NCBI GenBank assembly: GCA_016286235.1
Contig: JAEESJ010000030.1
Coordinates: 1-49,682, forward strand
Length of the DNA: 49,682 nt
Origin: Opitutales bacterium
GTDB lineage: Bacteria > Verrucomicrobiota > Verrucomicrobiia > Opitutales > UBA9783
Direction of reading: 5' to 3'
Each line of letters begins with the position of its first letter. The stretch's first letter is position 1. A model generated the notes under the pieces. The model ran no database searches, was not told the DNA's origin, and worked only from the letters and a program-made list of their open reading frames with translations. This document shows positions 17,851 to 27,845 of the stretch, piece after piece. A program made the position numbers and the translations under genes.

Positions 17851-18217
17851 ATTGGAGCGCTTATTGAAGGCGAAGCGTTTTGAAATGCCCGATGAGGCAT
17901 TTTGGGATGCGTTTGATGCGCGCTTAAAGGCATCGCTTGCGGAGGAAGCTCAACCGCAACATGTTTCGTGGAAACAATATCTCGGTGCATGGTTGCGACG
18001 CTGGTCGCCCGTTGCGGCGGTCGGATTGTTCGTATTCGGCGGCGTTTGCCATTTTTCGTCCCGTTTTAACGCGCCGCATCTTGAGATGTGTTTTCAGCCG
18101 TCCGGTGCGCACGCTTGCCGTTCGTTGTCATTTCATGTCGCTCCTTCATCGGAAATTGCAAAGAGCGTTCTGAAGAAAAATGTTGCTTTAACGGCGGGGA
18201 ACGGCTTCACTTTCTAA
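17831..18217 (+). CDS. putative membrane-anchored anti-sigma factor
   Basis: Overlaps the ECF gene; LLKAKRFEMPDEAFW N-terminus and a single TM segment. Confidence 0.6.
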   Translation: MEEPKFELERLLKAKRFEMPDEAFWDAFDARLKASLAEEAQPQHVSWKQYLGAWLRRWSPVAAVGLFVFGGVCHFSSRFNAPHLEMCFQPSGAHACRSLSFHVAPSSEIAKSVLKKNVALTAGNGFTF

Positions 18218-19561
18218 GTGATGGCGGTTGTCGGCAGGCGAACAACGGTGGCGGCGGTTCGGTTGCGTTTGGGTTGTGCCGGTGCGTTTTTGTGCGCGGG
18301 CGCGCTTTGCGGATGTTGTTTTAAATTTTCATCTGTTTTTGGGGCTTCGGAACAGGATGGTTCGGGTGTAAAACAGCAACGGGACGGCAGTGCGATTTCT
18401 TCGAGTTCCGCTTCTTCGAATGCTTTAAGATCTGCGATTACAACAGAGGGAAGTGCTTCCGTTGCGTCCCAAAGTACATCGGATGAAAGACCGTCTTCCG
18501 AAAGAGATGCATCTGACATTGCTTCCCGTCGAACGGTATCCGTCGAAGCGCAAAGCCCTGTCTCCGTTAACGGAACTTCCGCTGAAGAAGAGCCATCCGT
18601 TTTATCTGCCAATCCCTCTCAAACAACATCTTCCGATGCGCAAGCTTCGTTGGGAAATGTTTTGTTTTTGCTTTCGGATCTGTACGAACGTTTCAGCGAT
18701 TGTTGTGTGCGTGTTCGTTATAAACTGGACGGTAAAACGCAGGTGGCAAGCGGTTTTTTCGTCAGTGACAAAGGACATGTGTTGACGCCCGTAATCGGCG
18801 GGGAAGATTTTTATGTCGAGACACGTTCGCATCGGCAGTTTTCGGCAAAAAAACGCGGCGAAGATCCCGTCAGCTCGTTGTGTCTGTTGCAGACGGACGA
18901 AGAGCCGTTGCGAGCGGGTAAAGATAAATCCGCGTCGGAGGCGCGAAGCGTGTCGTATTTTTCACTGTTGCGCAATGACGGGTATCCGAAAATCGGTCAG
19001 CCGATCGTCAGCCTTTCCTGTAAATTGGGAGGGTCGGTCTCGCCGCAAATCGGTTATGTGACGGCGTTTCAGGAACGTTATTTCGCCACCGAATTTCCGT
19101 TTGTGTTTGTTCGCAGTTCGTTGCGCATTGATGCGGGCGATTGCGGCGGTGCGGTACTGGATGTACACGGGAATTTACTTGGGATGTTGTTCCATGCGTT
19201 GCCCGACGCGCAGGAAACGTTCTATATGCCGTCGCAGGCGCTGGAACGGCTGTTTCAAGACTTGTTGCTTTTCGGAAACGTTCGTTACGGTTACGCCGGC
19301 TTGTCGGTCGTAACCGCGTATGATCCGAAAACGCACGCGGTTTGTTTGCAGGTTCGTGAGGTTCAGCCGAATTCGCCGGCGGCGCAAAGCGGTTTCAGGG
19401 GCAATGACGTACTGTTGCGGGTGAATGACAGCGAAGTTTCCTCCATGGAGATGTTCAAGAATTTCATTTTCCTGTCCAAGCCGGGCGATGTGTTGCAATG
19501 TACCGTGATGCGCGGCAAAAAAACGCTGGATTTGACGTTGACGTTGGCGGAAAAGCAATAG
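18218..19561 (+). CDS. HtrA/DegS-like trypsin-fold + PDZ protein, catalytic triad degenerate
   Basis: ASGFFVSDKGHVLT, GDCGGAVLDVHGNLLGM, C-terminal PDZ (VQPNSPAAQSGFRGNDVLLRVN); Ser-rich linker; true start uncertain. Confidence 0.85.
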   Translation: MMAVVGRRTTVAAVRLRLGCAGAFLCAGALCGCCFKFSSVFGASEQDGSGVKQQRDGSAISSSSASSNALRSAITTEGSASVASQSTSDERPSSERDASDIASRRTVSVEAQSPVSVNGTSAEEEPSVLSANPSQTTSSDAQASLGNVLFLLSDLYERFSDCCVRVRYKLDGKTQVASGFFVSDKGHVLTPVIGGEDFYVETRSHRQFSAKKRGEDPVSSLCLLQTDEEPLRAGKDKSASEARSVSYFSLLRNDGYPKIGQPIVSLSCKLGGSVSPQIGYVTAFQERYFATEFPFVFVRSSLRIDAGDCGGAVLDVHGNLLGMLFHALPDAQETFYMPSQALERLFQDLLLFGNVRYGYAGLSVVTAYDPKTHAVCLQVREVQPNSPAAQSGFRGNDVLLRVNDSEVSSMEMFKNFIFLSKPGDVLQCTVMRGKKTLDLTLTLAEKQ

Positions 19562-19598
19562 ATTTTCGCGATAAAACAGGGTAAAATTAAGGAACGGC

Positions 19599-20054
19599 AT
19601 GAATGTTCAAGACCTTCAAAAAGTCCTGCAGCTGGTTGAAAAGTTCAACCTGACCGAATTCGGTTTGGAGGAAAAAGATTTAAAGCTTTCCGTGAAACGC
19701 GGGTCATTGCCTGTGGTTCCGACATTGCCGACTGTGCCTGTTCCGATGCCGACGGTCGCGCCTTCGGCACCTTCGGGTACGTTGGCGGGAACGAAGGCGG
19801 AGGAGAAGAACGTTTTTGTCATCAAGGCACCGATGGTGGGCGCATTTTATGTCGCTCCGTCGCCCGAGAGCGAGCCCTACGTCAAGGTCGGGAGCGCGGT
19901 GCGTCCCGAGACAACAGTGTGTATTTTGGAGGCGATGAAGGTGATGAACGAAGTGCGCGCCGAATGTTCCGGAGAAATTTTGGAGGTTTTGGTGAAAAAC
20001 GGCGCGCCCGTCGAATACGGACAGCCGCTGTTTAAAGTGCGCACGTCGGCATGA
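19599..20054 (+). CDS. accB: acetyl-CoA carboxylase biotin carboxyl carrier protein
   Basis: EAMKVMNE biotinylation motif; Pro/Ala linker. Confidence 0.97.
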   Translation: MNVQDLQKVLQLVEKFNLTEFGLEEKDLKLSVKRGSLPVVPTLPTVPVPMPTVAPSAPSGTLAGTKAEEKNVFVIKAPMVGAFYVAPSPESEPYVKVGSAVRPETTVCILEAMKVMNEVRAECSGEILEVLVKNGAPVEYGQPLFKVRTSA

Positions 20055-21424
20055 TGCACAAAGTTCTTATTGCAAACCGCGGGGAAATTGCACTGCGCGT
20101 GGTTCGTGCCTGTCGGGAGATGGGTTTCAAAACGCTGGCGGTGTATTCGGAAGCGGATGTGCATTCGTTGCCGGTGCAGTTGGCAGACGAGGCGATTTGC
20201 ATCGGTTCGGCGCCGGCGTCGCAGAGTTACTTAAAGGCGGATCGTATTCTCGGGGCGGCGGAAATCGGCGGCGCGGATGCTGTTCATCCCGGTTACGGAT
20301 TTTTGGCGGAAAGCGCAACGTTTGCCGAACAGTGCGAAGCGTGTCGCATCAAATTTATCGGTCCTTCGCCGCAGGCGATTCGTTTGATGGGGGATAAAAT
20401 CGCGGCGCGACAAATGGCGCACAAAGTCGGCGTTCCGACGGTTCCCGGGAGCGAGGGCGCGATTTCGGACGAGGAAGAAGGCTTGAAGCTCGCCACAAAA
20501 ATCGGCTTTCCCGTTATTATCAAATCCGCGGCGGGTGGCGGCGGAAAAGGTATGCGCACCGTGTGGAATGCGGCGACGTTTTTAAAAGCTTTTCTGTTGG
20601 CACGTACGGAAGCGGAAAAGGCGTTCGGCGACGGTTCGGTGTACATTGAAAAATTCATTGAAGATCCGCATCACATTGAATTTCAGGTGTTGGCGGATGC
20701 GCACGGGCATGTCATTCACGTCGGCGAACGCGATTGTTCGTTGCAGCGCAATTACCAGAAGTTGGTTGAGGAAGCGCCTTCGACGTTTTTAAATTCCTCC
20801 CTGCGCGAAAAAATGGGCAAAGCCGCGGTGAAACTGACGGAAAAATGCGGTTACGAAGGCGTCGGAACCATCGAGTTTTTAGTGGATAAAAAGGGTGATT
20901 TTTATTTCATCGAAATGAATACTCGCCTTCAGGTGGAGCATACCGTGACCGAGGAGGCCATGGGAATTGATTTGGTTCAGTGGCAGTTGAGGGTGGCAAA
21001 CGGCGAAGAGTTGACATTACGACAGAAGGATATTAAGTGCCGCCGACACGCAATCGAATGTCGCATCAATGCCGAAGATCCCGACAATAATTTTATGCCG
21101 TGCCCCGGGCATGTGGATTTTTACCACGAACCGGGCGGGTACGGCGTGCGCATGGATTCGCACGTGTATGCGGATTATGTCATTCCGCCGTACTACGACA
21201 GCCTGATCGGGAAGGTGATTGCGACGGGACAAACGCGGGAGGAAGCAATCACGCGTATGTCGCGCGCGTTGGGTGAATACCTCGTCGGCGGCATTAAGAC
21301 GACGATTCCGCTGTGCAAAAAGATTATGCTGGATCCGACGTATTGTGCCGGCGGAATTACGACGCATTTTATGAAAACCTTTTTGCAACGAACCACGGAA
21401 ACCAAGAAAAAGAAGAAAAAATGA
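20051..21424 (+). CDS. accC: acetyl-CoA carboxylase biotin carboxylase
   Basis: [48 protein letters not shown]. Confidence 0.98.
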   Translation: MMHKVLIANRGEIALRVVRACREMGFKTLAVYSEADVHSLPVQLADEAICIGSAPASQSYLKADRILGAAEIGGADAVHPGYGFLAESATFAEQCEACRIKFIGPSPQAIRLMGDKIAARQMAHKVGVPTVPGSEGAISDEEEGLKLATKIGFPVIIKSAAGGGGKGMRTVWNAATFLKAFLLARTEAEKAFGDGSVYIEKFIEDPHHIEFQVLADAHGHVIHVGERDCSLQRNYQKLVEEAPSTFLNSSLREKMGKAAVKLTEKCGYEGVGTIEFLVDKKGDFYFIEMNTRLQVEHTVTEEAMGIDLVQWQLRVANGEELTLRQKDIKCRRHAIECRINAEDPDNNFMPCPGHVDFYHEPGGYGVRMDSHVYADYVIPPYYDSLIGKVIATGQTREEAITRMSRALGEYLVGGIKTTIPLCKKIMLDPTYCAGGITTHFMKTFLQRTTETKKKKKK

Positions 21425-21855
21425 GCAATAACTCGCAGCAACTGTCCGAAAAGATAAGCGTCCCGTTCCCGAAGGAGCATTCGACGTCGGTGAAGGGCGA
21501 TATTAAAATCAATCTTGCCGTGGTGGCGGGAATTGTGCGTCTGGCGGCTCAGCGCGTCAAAGGCGTGCATTCGGTCGGCGGCGGTTTTGTGGAGGGGATT
21601 GCCGAAATGTTCTCCAAGAAAGATTCCGAGCGCGGTGTCAAAGTGACCGAGAACGAGAACGGCAATTATGACATTGAGGTCAAGGTCAACTTATTGTTCG
21701 GTGCGGAACTGGTGAAGGTCGGCGAAGACATTCAGCAAACCATCGCCGAAAGCGTGTTGCAAATGACCCGCAAGCGGGCGGAGCGTATTGACGTGATTAT
21801 CGACGGCGTTCGTACCGAAACATCGGATGCAGGCACGAAAAATGCTTCTTCTTAA
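21421..21855 (+). CDS. Asp23/Gls24 (YqhY-like) family protein
   Basis: [18 protein letters not shown]...RGVKV...[13 protein letters not shown]...IDVIIDGV; start moved to ATG 21421 overlapping the accC stop. Confidence 0.88.
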   Translation: MSNNSQQLSEKISVPFPKEHSTSVKGDIKINLAVVAGIVRLAAQRVKGVHSVGGGFVEGIAEMFSKKDSERGVKVTENENGNYDIEVKVNLLFGAELVKVGEDIQQTIAESVLQMTRKRAERIDVIIDGVRTETSDAGTKNASS

Positions 21856-21869
21856 AAGCCATCGAAGGA

Positions 21870-22424
21870 GTGAGAAATATGGAAACGTGGGATCAACAAC
21901 TGTTGGCGTTTATCATCAAGTATAAAGAGGCGGTCGGCGGTGCATGCCTCTTTCTGCTGTCATGGTATATGCTTCATCGCTTCCGCGTCTTCCGTCAGCC
22001 GTTTCGCGCCGCATCCACCGACAACGGTTCGGTTTGGGTCAGTCGCGCAACGGTTTTGAATTTGATTCAATCGGCGTGTGCGGGAATCGAAGGCGGTTCC
22101 GTTAAACGCGTTCAATGCATCAATAAACGTCGGTTGCTGCTTTTGAAATTATACATCTCCCTGGATGTCAATCAATCGTTCGAAGTGTCCTCCATGCGCT
22201 TCCAGGAAGCGGCAAAAAACGCCGTTACGCATTGCCTCGGCGCGCTGAAAGCCGTTCGGGTGGACGTGGTGTTGGACGGTGTGAAAGGGGAGTATATCAA
22301 TTCGAAAAAGTCCGTTGCTTCAACTGGGTTGTTGACTTCTGTTTCGGGAACCGAGTCTGTTAAATCCTCTGAAAATTCGTCGACTGTCCCTTCGGCGGGG
22401 GATGTAAAATCTGAGGACGATTAA
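21870..22424 (+). CDS. membrane protein, AmaP-like (Asp23 membrane anchor)
   Basis: N-terminal TM followed by NGSVWVSRATV and an Asp23-like beta domain; adjacent to the asp23 gene. Confidence 0.55.
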   Translation: MRNMETWDQQLLAFIIKYKEAVGGACLFLLSWYMLHRFRVFRQPFRAASTDNGSVWVSRATVLNLIQSACAGIEGGSVKRVQCINKRRLLLLKLYISLDVNQSFEVSSMRFQEAAKNAVTHCLGALKAVRVDVVLDGVKGEYINSKKSVASTGLLTSVSGTESVKSSENSSTVPSAGDVKSEDD

Positions 22425-22433
22425 GGCTGGCGG

Positions 22434-22469
22434 ATCGGTAGTGAGACATTAAAAGTACCGATTTTTTTT
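22434..22469 (+). terminator. putative intrinsic terminator
   Basis: ATCGGTA...TACCGAT stem followed by a T tract. Confidence 0.5.
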
Positions 22470-22685
22470 GATTTTTTTGAAAAACCGCCTGTTGAAGGGT
22501 GTGAAAAAGAGGGCAGATTGTTGAGCCTCATCGATAGTGTTTCGTAAAGTAACGTTTGCTTTTTTCGGAAAATTATTTAGGTGCGTGCGCACGAGCCCGA
22601 TGGGTATGTATGGGGAATTTCAAACGTGTCAATTGCCCCCAAAAAATCCTTTGCCACATAAAATGAAACAACTTTCCATAAAAGT

Positions 22686-23693
22686 ATGTCGGAACCGAAA
22701 AGAGTTCTTTTAACGGGCGATCGCCCGACGGGTCCGTTGCACCTCGGGCATTACGTTGGGTCGTTGCAAAATCGCGTTCAATTGCAGCATACCTGCGAGC
22801 AGTTTGTGATGATTGCCGACATGCAGGCGTTGACCGATTATTTTGAACGTCCCGAGCATGTGGTCAAAAATGTCGCCGAAGTTGTTAAGGATTACTTGGC
22901 GGTCGGGATTGATCCGAAAAAGACGACGATTTTCATCCAGTCGCAAATTCCCGAGTTATGCGAATTGACGATGTTGCTGTTGAATTTGGTCACAACATCG
23001 CGTTTGCAGCGCAATCCGACGATTAAGAACGAAATTCAACTGCGCGGTTTCGAGGAATCGATTCCGGCGGGTTTTTTGTGTTATCCCGTCAGTCAGGCGG
23101 CGGATATTACGCTGTTTCGCGCGACGCACGTTCCGGCAGGCGAGGATCAGGCGCCGATGATTGAGCAAACCAACGAATTGGTGCGGCGTTTCAATCATAC
23201 TTACAAAACGGATTGTCTGTGCGAGGTCGAACTGATGCTGAGCAAAACGCCGCGTTTAATCGGCATTGACGGCAACGCAAAGGCCTCAAAGTCGCTCGGG
23301 AATGCTATTTTTCTGTCCGATTCCGCCGAAACGGTTCACGAAAAAGTGTTTTCGATGTACACGGATCCGAACCACATTCGCGTTTCCGATCCCGGCAAAA
23401 CCGAAGGCAACGTGGTATTCGCTTATTTGGATGCGTTTGATTCCGATAAGGATGAGGTAGAATCGTTAAAAGCGCAGTATCGAAAAGGCGGGCTGGGGGA
23501 TATGACGTTAAAACGTCGGTTGGATGAGATTTTGCAAACTTTACTGGCACCCGTTCGCGAGAAGCGCGTCGCCGTTACGGATAAGGAAGCCTTGGAGATT
23601 GCGATCGAAGGTACGAAGAAGATGAAAACGATCGCGCAAAATACCATGGAAGCCGTTCGCAATGCGGTCGGAATTGTGTATCGCGCGGAGTGA
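22686..23693 (+). CDS. trpS: tryptophanyl-tRNA synthetase
   Basis: TGDRPTGPLHLGHYVG (HIGH), YPVSQAADI, KASKS (KMSKS variant). Confidence 0.97.
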   Translation: MSEPKRVLLTGDRPTGPLHLGHYVGSLQNRVQLQHTCEQFVMIADMQALTDYFERPEHVVKNVAEVVKDYLAVGIDPKKTTIFIQSQIPELCELTMLLLNLVTTSRLQRNPTIKNEIQLRGFEESIPAGFLCYPVSQAADITLFRATHVPAGEDQAPMIEQTNELVRRFNHTYKTDCLCEVELMLSKTPRLIGIDGNAKASKSLGNAIFLSDSAETVHEKVFSMYTDPNHIRVSDPGKTEGNVVFAYLDAFDSDKDEVESLKAQYRKGGLGDMTLKRRLDEILQTLLAPVREKRVAVTDKEALEIAIEGTKKMKTIAQNTMEAVRNAVGIVYRAE

Positions 23694-23812
23694 AGACCTA
23701 TTGAGTAGGCTGTTTCAAAAACAGAGAGCTGCCAGTGCATGCTTGTTTTGCATGCGGGAAAGACGGGTTAAAGCATTTGACAGGCGGCGCGTGACTTTTT
23801 AGTGGTGAGATA

Positions 23813-24319
23813 ATGAAAACGACACGGAAGTCGCTCGGTTTTTCGTTGATTGAGGTCGTCATTTGTCTGGCGGTTATGAGCGTGTCTCTCGGCGTTTCGC
23901 TTAAGGGTTATCAAATCGTTCGCCGTTGGTTGGATTATTGGAACCGAAGGGCGATTGCCTTTTCCGTCGCAGATGCTTTTGAGAAGTATTACGAATACTA
24001 CGGAAAGCATGCAAACGCCTTCCCGAAAAACAAGTGGTTTGATGTATCGTCCGGGAATTACTTTGTGCGTTTTATGGGAGTGATGTCCGATTGTCCGCCG
24101 ATAGGTGCCAATCCGGAACGCATCGAATTTTACCGACCGACGGCGGAGCAGACGCGTACCGAAAGAGTACGCGGTCCGATTTATATTTATCTGAAAGACG
24201 AATGGATCGATCGGCGTGCCAATCCGATGTCGCAATTGAGTGAGCTGACGGGAGGGCGTTCCGTTCCCGTTCATGAAGTGGTTCACGGCGAAGAGGTGTT
24301 ATGGTTCGTGCCTCAGTAA
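23813..24319 (+). CDS. prepilin-type N-terminal cleavage/methylation domain protein (pilin/pseudopilin)
   Basis: Basic leader followed by G|FSLIEVVICLAV class III signal. Confidence 0.82.
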   Translation: MKTTRKSLGFSLIEVVICLAVMSVSLGVSLKGYQIVRRWLDYWNRRAIAFSVADAFEKYYEYYGKHANAFPKNKWFDVSSGNYFVRFMGVMSDCPPIGANPERIEFYRPTAEQTRTERVRGPIYIYLKDEWIDRRANPMSQLSELTGGRSVPVHEVVHGEEVLWFVPQ

Positions 24320-24475
24320 TTCGACGAGACGGTTTACGATGGGTGCACGGCGTAAAAGGTTCTTCGAATGTCTGATGTCTGTTTTTTATCCGCTTTTCCT
24401 GCGTCAAAAACATCAACATACAAAAAACCTTGCACACAAAAACGTTGGGCATCAGTTTGAAGTCGTAAGCGCGGT

Positions 24476-26080
24476 ATGAAGTTCGTTTTTATCACGGGAG
24501 GCGTTGTGTCATCGCTCGGGAAGGGGCTGACGGCGGCCTCGATCGGGGCGTTGTTGGAAGCGCAGGGGTTGAAGGTCGGGATGTTGAAAATGGATCCCTA
24601 CTTAAATGTCGACCCGGGCACCATGAACCCGTGTCAGCACGGCGAAGTCTATGTGTTGGAAGACGGTGCGGAAACGGATTTGGATCTCGGGCATTACGAA
24701 CGTTTCACGCATGCGAAATTGACGCGCAACAACAGCGTGACGTCGGGGAAGATTTACGAAGCGATTTTGCGGAAAGAGCGCGAAGGTTCCTATTTGGGGA
24801 AAACCGTGCAGGTCATTCCTCACGTGACGGACGAAATCAAGCGCCGCATTGCGCTTTGTGCGTCTGAGGACATCGAAGTGCTGATTGTCGAAATCGGCGG
24901 TGTGGTCGGCGACATCGAAGGGCTTCCGTACCTGGAAGCGTTGCGTCAGTTTGCGCAGGAACAGGGGCGGAACAATGCGGTGTTCGTCCATTTGACGTTG
25001 CTGGTGTATTTGCGGGTGTCGTCGGAATTGAAAACCAAGCCCTCCCAGCAGAGCGTTGCCAAACTGCGCGAAATCGGATTGCAGCCCGACATCTTGGTTT
25101 GTCGCACGGAAGTTCCGATGGAGGAAAGCGTTCGCGAAAAGTTGAGTTTGTTTTGCAACGTTCCGACGGAGGCCGTCGTTGAGGAACGCGACGTTGAAGT
25201 TTCGACCTACGAATTGCCGCTTTATTTGCATCAACAGCACCTGGATAAATTATTATTATCCCGCCTGGGGTTGCCGTACGTCGAAAAGCCGCTTTCGGTG
25301 TGGGAGGACGTCAATCGGCGCATTCGTTTCCCGAAAACAACCGTTACCATTGGTCTCGTCGGAAAATATACCGATATTCCCGATGCTTACAAATCCGTTC
25401 GCGAGGCATTAGCGCACGCGGGTATCGAAAATCAATGCAAAGTCGATATCCGAACCGTTGAAGCGGAGTCGTTGGAAGTGGACGGATGGGAAGAAAAGTT
25501 GTCGGATGTGTGCGGCATTCTGGTGCCGGGCGGCTTCGGATTGCGCGGTTTGGGAGGGAAAATGCGCGCGATCCGTTATGCGCGCGAACATAAGGTGCCG
25601 TTTTTCGGTATTTGCCTCGGGATGCAACTGGCGGTGACGGAATTTGCGCGCAACGTTTTGGGATACGCGGATGCCTGCAGTACCGAAACGAATTGCCCGA
25701 CCGAACATCCCGTGATTGACCTGATGGAGGCGCAAAAGAAGGTTTCGTGCAAAGGCGGAACCATGCGTTTGGGAGCGGAACCGTGCGTTTTGGCGCCGAA
25801 CAGCCGTATTCGGGAGATTTACGGTACGGAACGCATTTCGGAGCGTCACCGCCATCGGTATGAATTTAACGATACTTACGCGCAGGCATTCGAAGAGAAG
25901 GGTTTGCGTTTGGTCGGACGACATGAGCAACTTAACATTGTCGAAGCGGTGGAGTTGCCGAGCCATCCGTGGTTCATCGGCGTTCAATTCCATCCCGAAT
26001 TTCAATCGAAGCCGCATCGTCCGCATCCGCTGTTTGTCGGTTTTGTGAAGGCGAGTCTTGCGCATCAAAAACAGGGTTGA
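24476..26080 (+). CDS. pyrG: CTP synthase
   Basis: TGGVVSSLGKG, DPYLNVDPGTM, GICLGMQ, RHRHRYE, QFHPEF. Confidence 0.98.
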   Translation: MKFVFITGGVVSSLGKGLTAASIGALLEAQGLKVGMLKMDPYLNVDPGTMNPCQHGEVYVLEDGAETDLDLGHYERFTHAKLTRNNSVTSGKIYEAILRKEREGSYLGKTVQVIPHVTDEIKRRIALCASEDIEVLIVEIGGVVGDIEGLPYLEALRQFAQEQGRNNAVFVHLTLLVYLRVSSELKTKPSQQSVAKLREIGLQPDILVCRTEVPMEESVREKLSLFCNVPTEAVVEERDVEVSTYELPLYLHQQHLDKLLLSRLGLPYVEKPLSVWEDVNRRIRFPKTTVTIGLVGKYTDIPDAYKSVREALAHAGIENQCKVDIRTVEAESLEVDGWEEKLSDVCGILVPGGFGLRGLGGKMRAIRYAREHKVPFFGICLGMQLAVTEFARNVLGYADACSTETNCPTEHPVIDLMEAQKKVSCKGGTMRLGAEPCVLAPNSRIREIYGTERISERHRHRYEFNDTYAQAFEEKGLRLVGRHEQLNIVEAVELPSHPWFIGVQFHPEFQSKPHRPHPLFVGFVKASLAHQKQG

Positions 26081-26111
26081 AAACTGAACGTTTCGGGCTA
26101 AAATTAAGGTA

Positions 26112-26648
26112 ATGAAACGCTTCCTTTTTCCTTTTTTATTGCTCTTGGGCGGCTGTTCATGGTTTAAAACCTCAACCGAACCGAATCCGCGGTTGTCGGA
26201 TACCGTTGTTGAGCTTTCGAAGCCGAATGAAACGGAGCCCTCGATAACGGTTGATGCGAAGGAAGTCGGTACATCGGAGGAAACACCGCCGTGGTACGGG
26301 CTGTATGACGAAAAGGACGTGGTCGGTCGGATTTTTTTCGAGTTCGACAGTTCGGTTGTTTCGGAGCGCGATCGGTTGTTTTTGAAGAATAAAATTATCC
26401 CCTTGCTCCAAAAGAACCCGCAGCAGCGTTTATTGCTGGCGGGATATGCCGATTGGTACGGCGAGGATGCATACAACCAAAACATCGGTACCCGACGGGC
26501 ACAACAGGTCGCGGATGTTTTGATGTCCTTCGGTGTTGCATCCGATCGACTGGGCATGATTACGCTCGGAAATCGGGAGGCGACGCGCAACATCGGGAAA
26601 GAAGATGCCGTGAAGGATCGCCGTTGCGACATTGTGCTTTTGCATTAA
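26112..26648 (+). CDS. OmpA-domain lipoprotein (Pal-like)
   Basis: Lipobox LGGC; IFFEFDSS, GYADWYG...YNQNIGTRRA, DRRCD. Confidence 0.88.
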   Translation: MKRFLFPFLLLLGGCSWFKTSTEPNPRLSDTVVELSKPNETEPSITVDAKEVGTSEETPPWYGLYDEKDVVGRIFFEFDSSVVSERDRLFLKNKIIPLLQKNPQQRLLLAGYADWYGEDAYNQNIGTRRAQQVADVLMSFGVASDRLGMITLGNREATRNIGKEDAVKDRRCDIVLLH

Positions 26649-26657
26649 CCGTGCTCC

Positions 26658-27845
26658 GTGAAACACTTTCCCGCGTTGCGACGTTGGAAGCAATCTGTCG
26701 AGGAGTACGTCAGAGAGCTGTTATATCGTCCGCCGAAGGATAAAAAGGCGGCGTGCATCGCGTTTTTTTTTCGTGCGCTGTCGATTGTCTTCGGCGGTAT
26801 TGTTTTTTCGCGGGAAAAACTGTACAAGAATCGTTTATTGAAGGATCATCCGCTCGGATGTCGGGTGATTGTGGTCGGGAATTTGACGGTCGGCGGTACG
26901 GGGAAAACACCGGTTGTGGAAAAGTTGGCGCGCTTGTTGCAAAACCGGAGGCGAAAAGTTGCGATTTTGAGTCGCGGTTACAAAAGCAAAGCCGAACCGT
27001 GGTGGAAGAAGAGCTGGCATTGGCTGGTGCATGCCGATCCGTGTCCGCCGAAGGTGGTGAGTGACGGCGTGCGCTGTCTATTGCCGTACGAAAAAGTAGG
27101 CGACGAACCGTTGCTGTTGGCGAAAAATTTGCCCGGCGTATGTGTGGTGGTCGATAAGAATCGCGTGAAAGCGGGGCAGTACGCAATCGAAAAGTTCGGG
27201 TGTGATTTGTTGTTGCTGGACGACGGTTTTCAGTATTTTCGTCTGAAAGGCGCGTCTTATATTGTGCTGATTGACGCGACCAATCCATTCGGGAATGGGC
27301 ATATCCTGCCGCGCGGCATTTTGCGCGAACCGATGAATCGTTTAAGGCGCGCGCAGTTTATTGTTTTCACCAAGAGCGATCGGGTTGCGGCGGAGGATTT
27401 GAAAAATCTGGAACAACGGGTGCGGTGTCATAACGAATATGCACCGATTTTTTTCTGCAAACACGTACCGAAATATCTGCAAGCCGTTAACGGTACCGAA
27501 CGGTTGGAATTATCTTCGTTAAACGGTTGTCGGGTGGCGGCGTTGAGCGGGATTGCATCGCCGCGGTCATTTGAACAGTCGTTGGAAGATAACGGTGCAA
27601 ACGTAGTGTACGGGAAGCATTTTTTGGATCATCACGGTTATTCGGAAGAAGATTTACGCGAATTCTTTGCGGAAGCGAAGCGTGCTGATGCCGATGCGGT
27701 GATCACGACGGAAAAGGATGCGGTTCGTATTTCGGCAACTTCGTTTGAATTGCCGTTTTATTTTTTGCGCATGGAAATCGAGTGGACGGGAAACGACGAT
27801 CCGTTCGAAAGGATTTTGCAACAATTATCGGTGAAGGCGGCATGA
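26658..27845 (+). CDS. lpxK: tetraacyldisaccharide 4'-kinase
   Basis: [45 protein letters not shown]. Confidence 0.96.
   Translation: MKHFPALRRWKQSVEEYVRELLYRPPKDKKAACIAFFFRALSIVFGGIVFSREKLYKNRLLKDHPLGCRVIVVGNLTVGGTGKTPVVEKLARLLQNRRRKVAILSRGYKSKAEPWWKKSWHWLVHADPCPPKVVSDGVRCLLPYEKVGDEPLLLAKNLPGVCVVVDKNRVKAGQYAIEKFGCDLLLLDDGFQYFRLKGASYIVLIDATNPFGNGHILPRGILREPMNRLRRAQFIVFTKSDRVAAEDLKNLEQRVRCHNEYAPIFFCKHVPKYLQAVNGTERLELSSLNGCRVAALSGIASPRSFEQSLEDNGANVVYGKHFLDHHGYSEEDLREFFAEAKRADADAVITTEKDAVRISATSFELPFYFLRMEIEWTGNDDPFERILQQLSVKAA

Noticed and set aside
22470-22685. T-box before trpS
   Set aside because: No T-box antiterminator consensus (GGTGGxACC) or specifier stem found
25409-26632. Long antisense ORFs (also 35548-36564, 46924-47799, 48798-49661, 2954-3844)
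   Set aside because: Shadow frames opposite well-conserved genes
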